Assembly (NCBI GenBank): GCA_964573625.1
Contig: CAZNJU010000001.1
Span: forward strand, 673,510-737,509
Length of the DNA: 64,000 nt
Direction: 5' to 3'
DNA from: Candidatus Woesearchaeota archaeon
Lineage (GTDB): Archaea; Nanobdellota; Nanobdellia; Pacearchaeales; GW2011-AR1
A program made the position numbers and the translations under genes. The notes under the pieces were generated by a model that ran no database searches, was not told the DNA's origin, and saw only the letters and a program-made list of their open reading frames with translations. Each line of letters starts with the position of its first letter. Within the stretch, counting starts at the first letter, position 1. Positions 63,762 through 64,000 of this stretch are shown here, in pieces.

Positions 63762-64000
63762 TAGCTATGAGACCCCTTTGTAATATTTCTCTTGATTTTT
63801 CGTGCTTCAATTTCAGTTTCACGAAGAATAAGCATATCTCCAACACGTACAGGTCCTTTAACATTACGTCTAATGGAACGACCTTTATTTCTTCCATCAA
63901 GAATATTGACTTTTACCTGGGTAACTTCTCCACGAGCACCTGTGCGTCCTAAGAATTCTTCAACAATAGCAGGAACAGGAGGATCGTTAGATAATTTAGT
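63761..64000 (-). CDS. rps28e: 30S ribosomal protein S28e (5' end outside the window; not in ORF track)
   Basis: Hand translation ...[75 protein letters not shown] overlap with L24e. Confidence 0.95.
   Translation of the reverse strand, partial: TKLSNDPPVPAIVEEFLGRTGARGEVTQVKVNILDGRNKGRSIRRNVKGPVRVGDMLILRETEIEARKIKRNITKGSHS

Noticed and set aside
63749..63952. 67-aa plus-strand ORF
   Set aside because: It is antisense to the clearly recognisable rps28e

Overview
Gene-dense (~38% GC by eye) archaeal chromosome segment. The archaeal markers are aIF5B, S6e, aIF2-gamma, L24e and a partial S28e, and most genes have TATA-like TTTAAA/TTTATA boxes ~25-30 nt upstream of leaderless starts. Bacterial-type gyrB/gyrA, CysRS, Dus, LemA/TPM, split transketolase and many Asn/Ser/Thr-rich membrane-anchored surface proteins suggest a DPANN archaeon such as Pacearchaeota or Woesearchaeota (inference). 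I saw no rRNA, tRNA, CRISPR array, integrase, transposase or reverse transcriptase. Highlights: (1) A twice-occurring, translationally coupled module of an exported cytochrome-b5 protein plus the same DoxX subfamily, each time next to a VTT/DedA gene; one copy has three b5 heme domains spaced by Ig-like stalks. It is a candidate surface electron-transfer or heme-handling system. (2) An intact M9 collagenase catalytic unit on a 1558-aa surface protein. (3) A 2066-aa adhesin with a GH5-like domain that lacks the nucleophile and is inserted inside a repeat. (4) Shared anchoring modules across the surface proteins. (5) A Zn-ribbon gene between gyrB and gyrA, and a GyrA with quinolone-resistance-type QRDR residues. 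(6) Small features missed by the ORF track: an RHH protein, a TrmB remnant, S28e and a promoter-linked hairpin. All family assignments come from motif recognition by eye; no database searches were run.
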